A stretch of DNA of 64,000 nt from Haliotis cracherodii (lineage: Eukaryota): NCBI RefSeq assembly GCF_022045235.1, contig NW_027266292.1:124001-188000 (forward strand), written 5' to 3'. This document shows positions 12,483 through 23,391 of the stretch, one piece after another. Under the pieces are notes generated by a model that did no database searches, was not told where the DNA came from, and saw only the letters and a program-made list of their open reading frames with translations. Both the position numbers and the translations under genes were made by a program. Each line of letters opens with the position of its first letter. Position 1 is the stretch's first letter.

Positions 12483-13887
12483 TCACCACGGCCTCCATGG
12501 AACCTGTTGCTCCGTCTTGATTTGTTGAGAGTAGGACCACGTGCTCTGGAGCCACGCCCTCACTCTCGAGTCATCAAAGTTTTTGTGGATTCTGCTCGAC
12601 TCCATTTTACAAAGTTCTGAATCTGAGAGATTGGATGAGTGATAGTGTCCGGTTCTGGGGGTGGATTGTTTGATAATGTCAGGAGAACCAGCATATCCAC
12701 TGTCTGAAAAACTGTTGTCCTCCGTCACGGGGGAAGTGCACACTGTACTGCTCATGTACGCATGCTCAGCCGGATGTGGATATTGGGAATTGCGGGAAGG
12801 CACTGCGCTCAGTCTCTCATAGCATTGACTTGTGTATGACGTCACATCATCTGTTGATGACGTCACGGGTACCTGTTCAATGTGCGTCATACGTCGGGAT
12901 ATGTGTTTTCTAAGCTGATGGTGTACATTGTCCGACACTCCTGGCAAAGACTGAATGTAGGATAGGACTTCTTCAGCACATTTGGAGAAGCCATGCTGGA
13001 ATCTAGCTTGAACTGCTTCTTTGACGTGTTGATGTGTGGTGTTGATCTTCCTGACGTTCCTCAGATAATCTACAGTCGTCTCCAGAATCTCGGCCTTCTC
13101 CATCTTGTCATAATTTGGGTCCTGTAAAATCGGAAGAAGAAGAATATAAATACATGTTATATATTGTGTAGAGGAGAGATAGCACTTGCGTATCGGTGGA
13201 TATTATTGTGTTTGTTTTGTTTGTTGCTAACTCAGCAATATTCCAGCTTTTTGATGGCGAGTCTGGACCAGACAGTCCAGTGATTGACATCATGAGAATC
13301 GATCCTCGCAACTGGGATCCCGTTAGTCGCCTCTGACGACAAGCATAGTCACTTTTACTTTTACGAAAGCATGGGTTGCTGAATACCTATTCTACCCCGG
13401 ATCTTCACGGGTGTATATGATTGTGAAAAAGTCTGTCCCAGATCACTGAAATGTGACAATACTTACATTTTGTTGTTGCTCTCGACACACGATGTCTTTG
13501 ATTTCTGACAGACTCTGGTTGATTCTGGCTCGTCGCCGTTTTTCAGCCATTAATTTTCGCCCCTGTAAGATAAAGAGATTAATTAATAACAAAATATTTG
13601 TATATGAAATACGGCTGGAAGATGTGCCCTAATTCCATGAAGATAAAAATGTTTCTCAGTAAAGAAGATCGGATTTTTCCCATTTCACCCGAATAGTGCA
13701 TTAGCCACGTGTTTCAAGTAGAATCATACAACAGTTTCAAGGCAAATAATATGACAATGACGACACATTTATTCCCATCAAATTAGTCACGTCCATTTGA
13801 GAATTATTATTTGAGTAATCTAATGCATACCTTTCTTCGGCCCATATATTCACTGTCAGATTCCATGTTATGAAAGTAAGATTCCAT
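12483..13887 (-). CDS. hes: HES-like bHLH-Orange-WRPW repressor, copy 2 (263 aa)
   Basis: complement(join(12483..13121,13467..13562,13831..13887)); exon 2 GRKLMAEKRRRARINQSLSEIKDIVCREQQQN (96 bp); Orange domain ARFQHGFSKCAEEVLSYI; ends WRPW-TGA. Confidence 0.95.
13208..13412 (-). mobile_element. Family B short retroelement in intron 2 of HES copy 2
   Basis: Deleted copy lying within intron 13122-13466. Confidence 0.8.
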
Positions 13888-14220
13888 CACTGCGATGTGT
13901 TCAGCTCTGAGGGACAAGTTAGTGTGATGGAACGCCGCCTCCCGACCCGCCTTTATACCCCCAACATTCCCCTACCCACGCTAATCTATGCACATTTATG
14001 TGTTGACATCTGAATAGCCCGGCGCGATCCGATACATCCAGCCAATCAGCGCACGCTTAGCTAAGTGGTGGCACGCGCCAGCTCGCGTTAAACATCACCC
14101 CGAGACAGATGTTCTTCTCACGACCCGACAGGGATGATATTCTTCAGGTGCAAGGAGCATCTTGCTTGGCGTGACACGAGGAGTTACGAGGACGAGCACC
14201 CGGCCTGTCAACAATCCGCC
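13888..14220 (-). promoter_or_regulatory. 5' UTR and proximal promoter of HES copy 2
   Basis: TATA 13952-13957, CCAAT, class-C site 14070-14079, Su(H) site 14115-14122, N-box. Confidence 0.85.
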
Positions 14221-14504
14221 TCATTATAATCTTGTGTTTCATTCAATGGAATAATATTTCCACCTATTTTGGAGCATGACACGCGCTGTGTCGCATTCCG
14301 TCGCCTACCGTTACCTGGACCAGTAACCAGGTGAAACACCACGGACGGCGTAAATACATATATATAGCTGTGTTAACTGAATAACGTCTTCTAATATACA
14401 AATCCTTCTTATGATTACACAAAGCGTTTGAAAATCATACCACGTAATTGTTAACAACATGAATAATATATAACTAGACGAAATGAAAACATATCGTATA
14501 AAAT

Positions 14505-14667
14505 GAGTGAGTGAGTATGTTTTATTCCGCTTTTAGCTATATTCCAGAAATATCACGACAGGGGACACCAGAAATGGGCTTCACATATTGAACCCATGTG
14601 GGGAATCGAACCTAGGTCTTCGGCGTAACGAGCGAACGCTTTAACCACAAGGCTACCCGACGGCCCC
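14505..14667 (-). mobile_element. tRNA-derived SINE, family A
   Basis: 14-bp TSD ATATCGTATAAAAT (14491-14504 and 14668-14681). Confidence 0.9.
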
Positions 14668-16081
14668 ATATCGTATAAAATCTGAACAAAGATCAAGGCA
14701 TATGTTCAAAACATTTTTTGTTATGACTACTTTGTATTTACCATTATCAAATATCAAATTTGATTTTTTTTAAAAGTTAAAAAGACAAACAACTAAACAA
14801 ATCTAGACTCGGGCGAAAAACAAGCTCTTCTTGAATTCTAAATTCCAAACCACTTTCGGAAATTTTCGACTGTTGATACGTAAACCAAATAAAAAACAAC
14901 GAGGCGCCCAAGACAGCAAAAGAAAATATGGTACATGTACATGGATTCTGACACCATCATGGTTCCTTATCCTAATTGGTCCACTTTACTTGTCGCCAGT
15001 CATTTGGAGATCACGTGGCTATTTGAATTTGGAATAGGAAAAAGGATCATTTGGCGAAGATATTGTAATAGAGAAAACGCTGCTTTTAAATTTTGCAAAT
15101 GCTTGTTTTCCCGTGTTTATCAGTTATTAGTCCTTATTACACAAAATATTATGTATTCTCAGTACATCGATGTGATGGTAACTATGTAACGTCACATTTA
15201 TTAACTAACAATGCATGAGACTTGAACAAAATATTAATGTTTGTTTTTCTTTCTAATACAGTATCAAGAACTGAAGATTAATGTTTATTTCAATTCTGAA
15301 AATTCAAAATTGTTAAATTTAAAAAGTATTATAAATATGCACATTTGTATTTGAAAATATACTTAACAAGAGAAATTACATACCCACTCTCCGTTTTAAT
15401 GCGTGAATCATGTTGCTACACATTAATAATACCTTTCATAAGCTACTTTCTTGTCAACACAACCATCAAACTGTCTGATGACCTTATCAGCTCCAGCCAA
15501 TTATCATCTGACAAAACAAAGTCGTTAGTGTCACAACAAGAACACAATGAGAGCGTTAATAGGCCTCGTTAGTAACCTACTGTAGCTGTACAGTAAGTGT
15601 TTGGAAACTTCCGTCCTTGGCCAACAAGACGGTGCCACTTACGACCTCGTGTCCAGACGGCGCCACGCTCATCGTTATCCCTCAACGCGTAAGCTGTTTT
15701 TAAATATCACAACAAAAAACATGTTGAATACTTACACCAAGACACGAATACACCCGACCCCTTACAAACACCCTTGCTCCTAACACCCGGGGCTATAGAA
15801 AGTATGCGCTTAGATAATGGATTTTACCCCAAAATTACAAACATTATGAAGACGTTTCTAGGCTGAAAACAATCGCCGAAACACTGCCCAACTAAAGCTC
15901 ACAGCGATAATACCTGTATCAAATACATCACCATCGAATAACCATTTCTTGTTTCTTTTATTTTCGCCACCATCAAACATGAATATTTTCTTTTGCCGAC
16001 AGTTTATACTGGGGTGTAAGAATGGTGTTGCGTATGTTGTTATATGTTTATATCTGTAAACAAAAATATCCCCAAACAACA

Positions 16082-16351
16082 TTTGTTTGTTTGTTTGTTG
16101 TTTAACGCCGCACTCAGCAATATACTAGCTATATGACGGCGGTCTGTAAATAATCGAGTCTGGACCAGACAATCCGGTGATTAATATCATGAGCATCGAT
16201 CCAAGCAATTGGGATCGATGACATGCATCAACCAAGTCAGCGAGCCTGACCACCCGATCCCGTTAGTCGCCTTTTACGACAAGCAGAGTCGCCTTTCACG
16301 GCAAGCATGGGTTGCTGAAGTCCTATTCTACCCCGGAATCTTCACGGGTCC
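16082..16351 (-). mobile_element. Family B short retroelement, full length
   Basis: GACCCGTGAAGATTCCGGGGTAGAATAGG head, 22-bp internal tandem motif, GCTGAGTGCGGCGTTAAAC(AAAC)n tail. Confidence 0.85.
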
Positions 16352-17352
16352 CACAAACAACAAACAAATAATCACACAATATAAACCAACACAGCCTTGC
16401 CAACATGTGCCGAGTTAATTTTATTTATTCTCAGATTGTTTTAAATATTGTAAATGTCCCAGACTCGACAAATGTACATTGCGTCGGAATATAGCTGGAA
16501 TGGCGCTGACTGCGGCGACAAACATCATTCATTCTCTTACTCAACAATATAGGCTGTCCCATTTTTAGATAGACAAATTAAGTGATTAGACCATCCAGAC
16601 AAAAAAAAGAAAAGTATGCACATTAAATATGATTTTCACACCCATCTTTCCTATTTGACGGACCCGTGAAGATTCCAGGGTAGAATAGGTCTTCAGCAAC
16701 CCAACCTATTCTAACCCGGACCTTCACGGGTATTTTTGCATATAACACTTATTACATAAAGGATAACAAAATGGATTGGGTTTTAGTTACAATATATGAT
16801 GTCAAAGTTGCATTATTGTTTGTAAAATATGTTTAATAAAATAGAACTGATGGGTATTCAACTCAAAAGCAATCCTAGAATGTGGACCATTCCATATTTT
16901 TATTTTTTCTTATTCAAAGCAACGAAAGTAATAATAAATGAGCATAGTTTCTGTATTGTTGATTGGTTTTAGCTTACCTAAAGTAGAAGGTGAAGAGAAT
17001 AGTTAATTTTGTTCTTATGGTTCTTGTATACGTGAATAAATAAATACTTTAGGCATTATATACGTGAGGTGAGCACACATTATGACGGCAGGTCTATCGC
17101 ATATAGCACCCTGGTCTATCTCTCAGACCCTGGAGAGTATATTGAAAAGGGAAACTCAGAATAGAGTAGAATCATTTGGCAAGTCTAGATTTTGTGTGTG
17201 GATATATGTATATATTTAAATGACTAAATTTAAGTCTAATAGACTTCCTGATAATGATTACAATTTAGTGCACACTCGTAAATACTTAAAAAAAGGAATC
17301 CAATTCAAGTCTAGAATGATTTGTCATGTTTAGATTGCCTGCCTCAGCTCTG

Positions 17353-17422
17353 AATTTTAGCGTTGCTCTGAGCTCCATTTGGACATATGTATCCAAATGG
17401 AGCCCAGAGCAACGCTAAAATT
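17353..17422. repeat. Foldback palindrome
   Basis: 31-bp arms around CATATGTA. Confidence 0.8.
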
Positions 17423-17450
17423 ATATATCCAAATGGAGCTCAGAGCAACG

Positions 17451-17452
<2 letters not shown>

Positions 17453-17525
<73 letters not shown>
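17453..17525. repeat. (TA)n microsatellite
   Basis: About 36 TA units. Confidence 0.95.
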
Positions 17526-17528
<3 letters not shown>

Positions 17529-17652
17529 ATGATAAGCTTGGACGCGATGTTAAACCCCATTTCACATCACCTCAAAATTGCTAACAAAATGTGTTAGCAA
17601 TTTTGAGGTGATGTGAAATGGAGTTTAACGTCTCGTCCCAGCTTATTATCAA
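17526..17652. repeat. Foldback palindrome derived from a SINE C tail
   Basis: Arms of about 60 bp around AAATG; the arm resembles 7056-7093. Confidence 0.8.
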
Positions 17653-18103
17653 TTTGTGAAGTAAATAATATTATACGTATTTACAATTTGTATCTTTTTA
17701 ATTTAATCATCTTTGAATATAACGATTCGAATCAACAATATGATATTTACTTATTATCGACCAATAAATATATACATTTTTTCAAGTGATGACATATTCA
17801 TATTGGGAAAACGGTGGAACGCAGCGCTGAGGTCATGGTGAAGATTTTCCAAGTGTTTATGGAAACGGGAAAGTGGACAATACGTGATATTTATAAACAG
17901 TAGTTTTATTACCGACCACATAAAGTTGAGGAAATGGCCACTTCAATACGCATTTCTCAAAACAAGAAAACATAATGTACACCAACAGACAATATAAACG
18001 AGAGTATCAGCTGTGGTTTTATCAGCCACGGGCCATGCGCGGCCAGTGTGACACCTCAATGAAAATTCCAATTATCTACGACTACAGTCTTGTAACGGCC
18101 CGC

Positions 18104-18216
18104 TTCCCACGGCATACCTTCACAATGATTCCGAGTGTATCGCGATGTGACACTTCGCGTGGTCACGTGCTAATAGCGTCACGTGACATACGGGCACCTG
18201 CCGTGATTAGTGTCAC
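18104..18216. promoter_or_regulatory. Conserved non-coding element A, spacer 2-3
   Basis: GTGACACTTCGCGT...TCACGTGACATACGGGCACCTG..GATTAGTGTCAC, with Su(H) site TTCCCACG at 18104-18111. Confidence 0.65.
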
Positions 18217-18762
18217 AACTTCCGCCTTCACGAGTCCGAGGCGTGCGGGCTCTGGGTGGAGAGATACGATTTAATATACCTGCTGGGACAATGTTTCTAA
18301 ATACTTGTATTTGTGTTTGCATTTGTGTGTTCTTTGGTGCTGACGTTGTATTTTTTTTATTATGATGTGTTGCTGTCATTCGTGACCAACTCGTGTTATT
18401 CCGAGACAAGCCGAATAGCGGTAACGGAAAGGGAAAAAGTGGTGACGAATGGTGTTGCTGTGAAATAAAGTGTATTTTCTTCCATATTTAATAACTTACA
18501 CAAGAATCTAACTTCACGTTTAGAAGTTATCAAGTATGCCTGAAACTTCGGACGAAACTGGAATCGCAATATAGAAACTTTTAAAATTTAATTTGGGTGA
18601 GTTTTCTACTTTTGAAAGTAACCAAATCAACTTCGTGAATAAATGCAAAATATACTAAATGTATGGGGATGTACATCTTCCCGAGGCAAGGGAGTTAACT
18701 GACTTAAAAAAAAACTCCCTTAAATTGTTTGATAGGCATTATCACAAGATGGCAGATGACAG

Positions 18763-18913
18763 AGTGGACACAATTTATGGATAACAGTTTCTTTATTTAC
18801 TGTAAAAGCGACATTTCGGTTTTCGCCAAGGCTTGACAACGATATAAGGATCTATACCGAAACGTCGCCTTTACAGCAAATAAAGAAGCTGTTATCCATA
18901 AATCGTGTCTACT
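18763..18913. mobile_element. Palindromic element with a minimal hammerhead-like motif (Penelope-like remnant)
   Basis: Imperfect inverted arms 18763-18820 and 18856-18913; relatives at 42946-43213, 54975-55030 and 56860-56970. Confidence 0.55.
18828..18871 (+). ncRNA. Candidate minimal type I hammerhead ribozyme variant
   Basis: AAGGC-UUGACAA-C-GAUAUA-AGGAUC-UAUACC-GAAA-CGUC-GCCUU: 5-bp stem I, U3-A8 covariant core, stem II with one mismatch, palindromic ACGU stem III. Confidence 0.45.
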
Positions 18914-19341
18914 CCCTTGCTTCGGGAATATACTAACGTGTTATAAGTGTTATTTATATTTGTTTCTACTGACCAAATCCACGAGATTCGTGACTAAGAA
19001 CCGCACGGATAATGGTTCAAGCTAATATCAAGGCAGAAAACATTACTGTATGCAAGTTGGGAATCGAACCCGGGCCTTCGGTCTGAAGAATCAACGCTTT
19101 TACCACTGCTTCACTATATAATATAATTGGTTGATGTTTGTCATCGTTTCCCAACTGCGTAGATCGAACCACATGATCACTGGATCACTTACAGGCAACC
19201 TTTACATAGCTGGAATAATGCTGAGTGCGGAGGGTTTTTTTAAGCAAAAAAAAATATATACTGAAAAAGCGTCTCTCGTGTTGATGGCACCATCTTGAAA
19301 CATGTCTGACAGCCATTGCTGGTTACAAACGCTTGAGTCTT

Positions 19342-19567
19342 GGTTTGTTGTTTAACGCCGCACTCAGCAATATTCCAGCTTTATGGCGGCGGTCAGTGAT
19401 TATCACCATGAGCATCGATCCACATAATTGTGATACGATGACTTGCATCAAATCAGTGAGTCTGACCACCCGATCCTGTTGGGCGCCTTTAACGGCAAGC
19501 GTAGTCACCTTTTACGGCAAGCATGGGTTGCTGCTGAAGACCTATTCTGTCCCGGATCTTAACGGGC
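19342..19567 (-). mobile_element. Family B short retroelement
   Basis: Diverged homologue of 16082-16351. Confidence 0.75.
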
Positions 19568-20178
19568 AGATTCAGAAATATATTCTTCTGAGCTATACTT
19601 TTGTAAATTGGATTGACAAAAAATTACACATGTTACAAGGCTGAAGACACACAACTAAGATACCCGTATGAAATGAATCACCATCTGATAGCCATTCTTG
19701 TTTCATTTTTAGCCATAAAACTTGGGTGTATCTTTTTCTTATCTCGCTACATAATTTTTCTGAAACATTTTCACGTTTTAATAACAATTCATCAAGTTCA
19801 TGTGTCTATCTTGCCCTTTTTCATAGTTTCCAATGCACGTGTTTCAATTTCACTATGCAACATAATTTTACGGAACAACTGGATCCGGGCCATCACAAAC
19901 AAGTGGTTGATAGCATGATAACTCAAGAAGGTCTATTCCGTGTATTAAACACGGGCAAGTTATCCATTGAATGGATCAAGTCGCTAATAATATGAAAATA
20001 TATAACGCAAAAAGATGTGCGTAAATAAATCATTTATATTCATCAACATGTGTAATATACCACAGACAATTTATATGAAAGTATATGAATAGAATAAGCA
20101 CTATGTGATGCGATTGTTGCACCATAATATTTATTTATGTAACTGTGAATCATAAGTTCATATTCTGTATAAAGCAAT

Positions 20179-21550
20179 TCACCACGGCCTCCATGGAACC
20201 TGTTGCTCCGTCTTGATTTGTTGAGAGTAGGACCACGTGCTCTGCAGCCACGCCCTCACTCTCGAGTCATCAAAGTTTTTGTGGATTCTGCTCGACTCCA
20301 TTTTACAAAGTTCTGAATCTGAGAGATTGGATGAGTGATAGTGTCCGGTTCTGGGGGTGGATTGTTTGATAATGTCAGGAGAACCAGCATATCCACTGTC
20401 TGAGAAACTGTTGTCCTCCTTCACAGGGGAAGTGCACACTGTCCTGTTCATGTACGCATGTGCAGCCGGATGCGAATTTTCGGAATTGTGGGACGGCACT
20501 GCGCTCAGTCTCTCATAGCACTGACTTGTGTATGACGTCACATCATCTGTTGATGGCGTCACGGGCACCTGTTGAATGTGCGTCATACGTCGAGAGATGT
20601 GTTTTCTCAGCTGACGGTGTACATTGTCCGACACTCCTGGCAGAGACTGAATGTAGGAGAGGATTTCTTCAGCACATTTGGAGAAGCCATGATGGAATCT
20701 GGCTTGAACTGCTTCTTTGACGTGTTGTTGATGTGTGGTGTTGATCTTCCTGACATTCCTCAGATAATCTACAGTCGTCTCCAGAATCTCGGCCTTCTCC
20801 ATCTTGTCATAGTTTGGGTCCTGGAACATTGACAATAAATTATGTAATTGAATTATAGTAATATAAAAGACGCGTAAATTTGTTTCAAAATATAGATAGT
20901 TTGAAAATCAAGCCAACGAGGATAAACATACCAATGTCAGAAATAAGTGTTTATATTTCATTATATTTTATATATCAATTAGTGATGACACCAGGTGTTC
21001 GCTAGAAGGTGAGCATATTTTGTGGTTCAGCTATTATCACCAAAACTATCATACGTTTTTTATCCATTGGGTCTATAGAAAAAAAACCATTCGTGAATTC
21101 CATATAATATCCACAAGTAAACTGACATTAAACTGAGATGTAAATACTTAGTTAAATATAAGTAAGAATACTTACATTTTGTTGTTGAACTCCACACACG
21201 ATGCCCTTGATTTCTGACAGACTCTGGTTGATTCTGGCTCGTCGCCGTTTTTCAGCCATTAACTTTCGACCCTGAAAGAAAACCCAGATCAGAATGAAAC
21301 AACGATGTGAATGTAAATGCAATGAAGATCACGACACGGTATTCTATCAAATATAACGACTGGGACACAGTCTATTCCCATTTCTCATGAATATGAAATT
21401 AGCCACGTGCTCGTGGTGTAAACAAGCACATATTATTTACAGGTTGTAAAAAGTGAATTTGAAACTTAATGATATGAGCAAGCTTATGTCTACCTTTCTT
21501 CGGCCCATATATTCACTGCCAGGTTCCGTGTTTTGAAAGTAAGATTCCAT
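20179..21550 (-). CDS. hes: HES-like bHLH-Orange-WRPW repressor, copy 3 (264 aa)
   Basis: complement(join(20179..20820,21176..21271,21494..21550)); GT-AG sites; exon 2 GRKLMAEKRRRARINQSLSEIKGIVCGVQQQN; ends WRPW. Confidence 0.95.
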
Positions 21551-21925
21551 CACTGCGATGTGTTCAGCTCTGAGAGACAAGTTAGTGTGATGGAACGCAG
21601 CCTCCCGACCCGCCTTTATACCCCTAACATTCCCCTACCCACGCTAATCTATGCACAGTTACGTTTTGACATCTGAATAGCCCGGCGCGATCCGATACAC
21701 GCAGCCAATCAGCGCACGCCTAGCGTAAGTGGTGGCACGCGCCGGCTCTCGTTAAACTTCACCCGGAGACAGATGTTCTTCTCACGACCCGACAGGGATG
21801 ATCTGCTTCAGGAGCAGGGAGCATCTTGCTTGGCGTGACACGAGGCCTAACCGAAATGAACACCCGGCCTGTCAACAATCTGCCTGTCAACAATTTAGTG
21901 TTTCATTCAATCAATTTTCCCACCT
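21551..21925 (-). promoter_or_regulatory. 5' UTR and proximal promoter of HES copy 3
   Basis: TATA 21615-21620, CCAAT, class-C site 21734-21743, Su(H) site 21779-21786, N-box, second GTGGGAA core at 21917-21923. Confidence 0.85.
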
Positions 21926-22634
21926 ATTTGGATTGAGTGTGACACTCGCAAAGTCGCATTCGTCGTTTAACGTTACGTGAAGTTTCATTTATTATATATA
22001 CAAAAAATATTTCAGTTTGACTGAAACAGTCTTATCATAATTTAAAACGTTATTTGTCACGTATTAGCAACAATCTTAAATGTTATTGCTTTTAAGTGTT
22101 TGTTTTCAATGTCAGACCCATTCTTGAAAAAGAATAAGGTAACCACTAGGTCTCGTTGGTCGGTTTCCACTTTATTTGCTTTCTTATTTTCAGTGAACAA
22201 GCTAATAACTGAATATTACCAACGGAAATATCACAATCGCGTGTAGACATAATCCGTATTAATCCACTTTTGATGCCGTCGTGTAGATGGCGTTGACGGA
22301 CGTATAAGACGGTCACGTGTTTCTTTGTGAACATGTGTAATGACATTTAAACTTTAATTTCACTGATTGAGGGAAAAATACAGGGTTTTTTCTCAGCCCT
22401 GATATGTGTCTTCCAAGACCCAATATATTTTATACTCAAAACAGCGAAATGTTAATATATGTACAGTGGTGTATAAAGTCAATATTTAATGTATCACTAT
22501 AATGTACAGATGCTGTTTAAAGTGTGTCTAAGCATTCAACGTATATATTATTACTATAAAGTCTCTCATAATTCCTTGGCGAATGGGTCAAATATTGTAA
22601 TGTATTTGTGTATGTTTCATATTTGTGAAGGTGA

Positions 22635-22796
22635 GTGAGTGAGTTTGGTTTTACGCCGCTTTTAGCAATATTCCAGCAATATCACGGCGGGGGACATCAG
22701 AAATGGGCTTCACACATTGTACCCATGGCGGGATTCGAACCCGGGTCTTCGGCGTGACGAGCGAACGCTTTAACCACTAGGCTACCCGACCTCCCC
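22635..22796 (-). mobile_element. tRNA-derived SINE, family A
   Basis: Full length; TSD TTG(T/C)GAAGGTGAG. Confidence 0.9.
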
Positions 22797-23291
22797 TTGC
22801 GAAGGTGAGACTCAAACATAAACTATATCTGTCTGTCTTCTTATTATCTGGATACTAACAAATACATGAAATATAATACTTGTTTATAGGAATTAATAGT
22901 CCTGTCCGGTATATTTTGCTGTAAAGTATAAAGTTGCTCAATTATATTTAAAACATATCACAAGCATCACAAGTAAATTCGTTGTCACACAGTGGTGAGC
23001 CAAGGCTGTTACTCACATCCATGTCAATTAATGTGACTGTGTCTATAACTTACACGAAACACATCTTGAACACAGGACCCTTCTTTATATTAGAAGAAGA
23101 ACATTATTTCATTAATGGGTCACAATTTCGACTAAAACAAGATTGGATACAAATGTCATAAAAATATCATACATATACGTAAAAATGCAAAGTCAATCCT
23201 ATAACGGCTAATGAGACATAATAGCACCATAATAATATACATATAACATATTTCACGACCCCGTTGTGCCACTCTCCACTCAGTCATGGAG

Positions 23292-23391
23292 CCAGACATG
23301 GTTTGGATAGCGATTATGTGTCAAGTGGTAATTCTTATTATCACAACCTGGTAATTAACCATCTACTCAGAATGAAAGTCGTTAGTGTCAG
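23292..23391 (+). promoter_or_regulatory. Conserved non-coding element C/D, D type, upstream of copy 3
   Basis: CCAGACAT..GTGTCAA..TAATTA..GTCGTTAGTGTCAG; further D copies at 30552-30651 and 38139-38238. Confidence 0.5.

Noticed and set aside
17357-17597. (YI)n ORFs
   Set aside because: Translation of the TA microsatellite.
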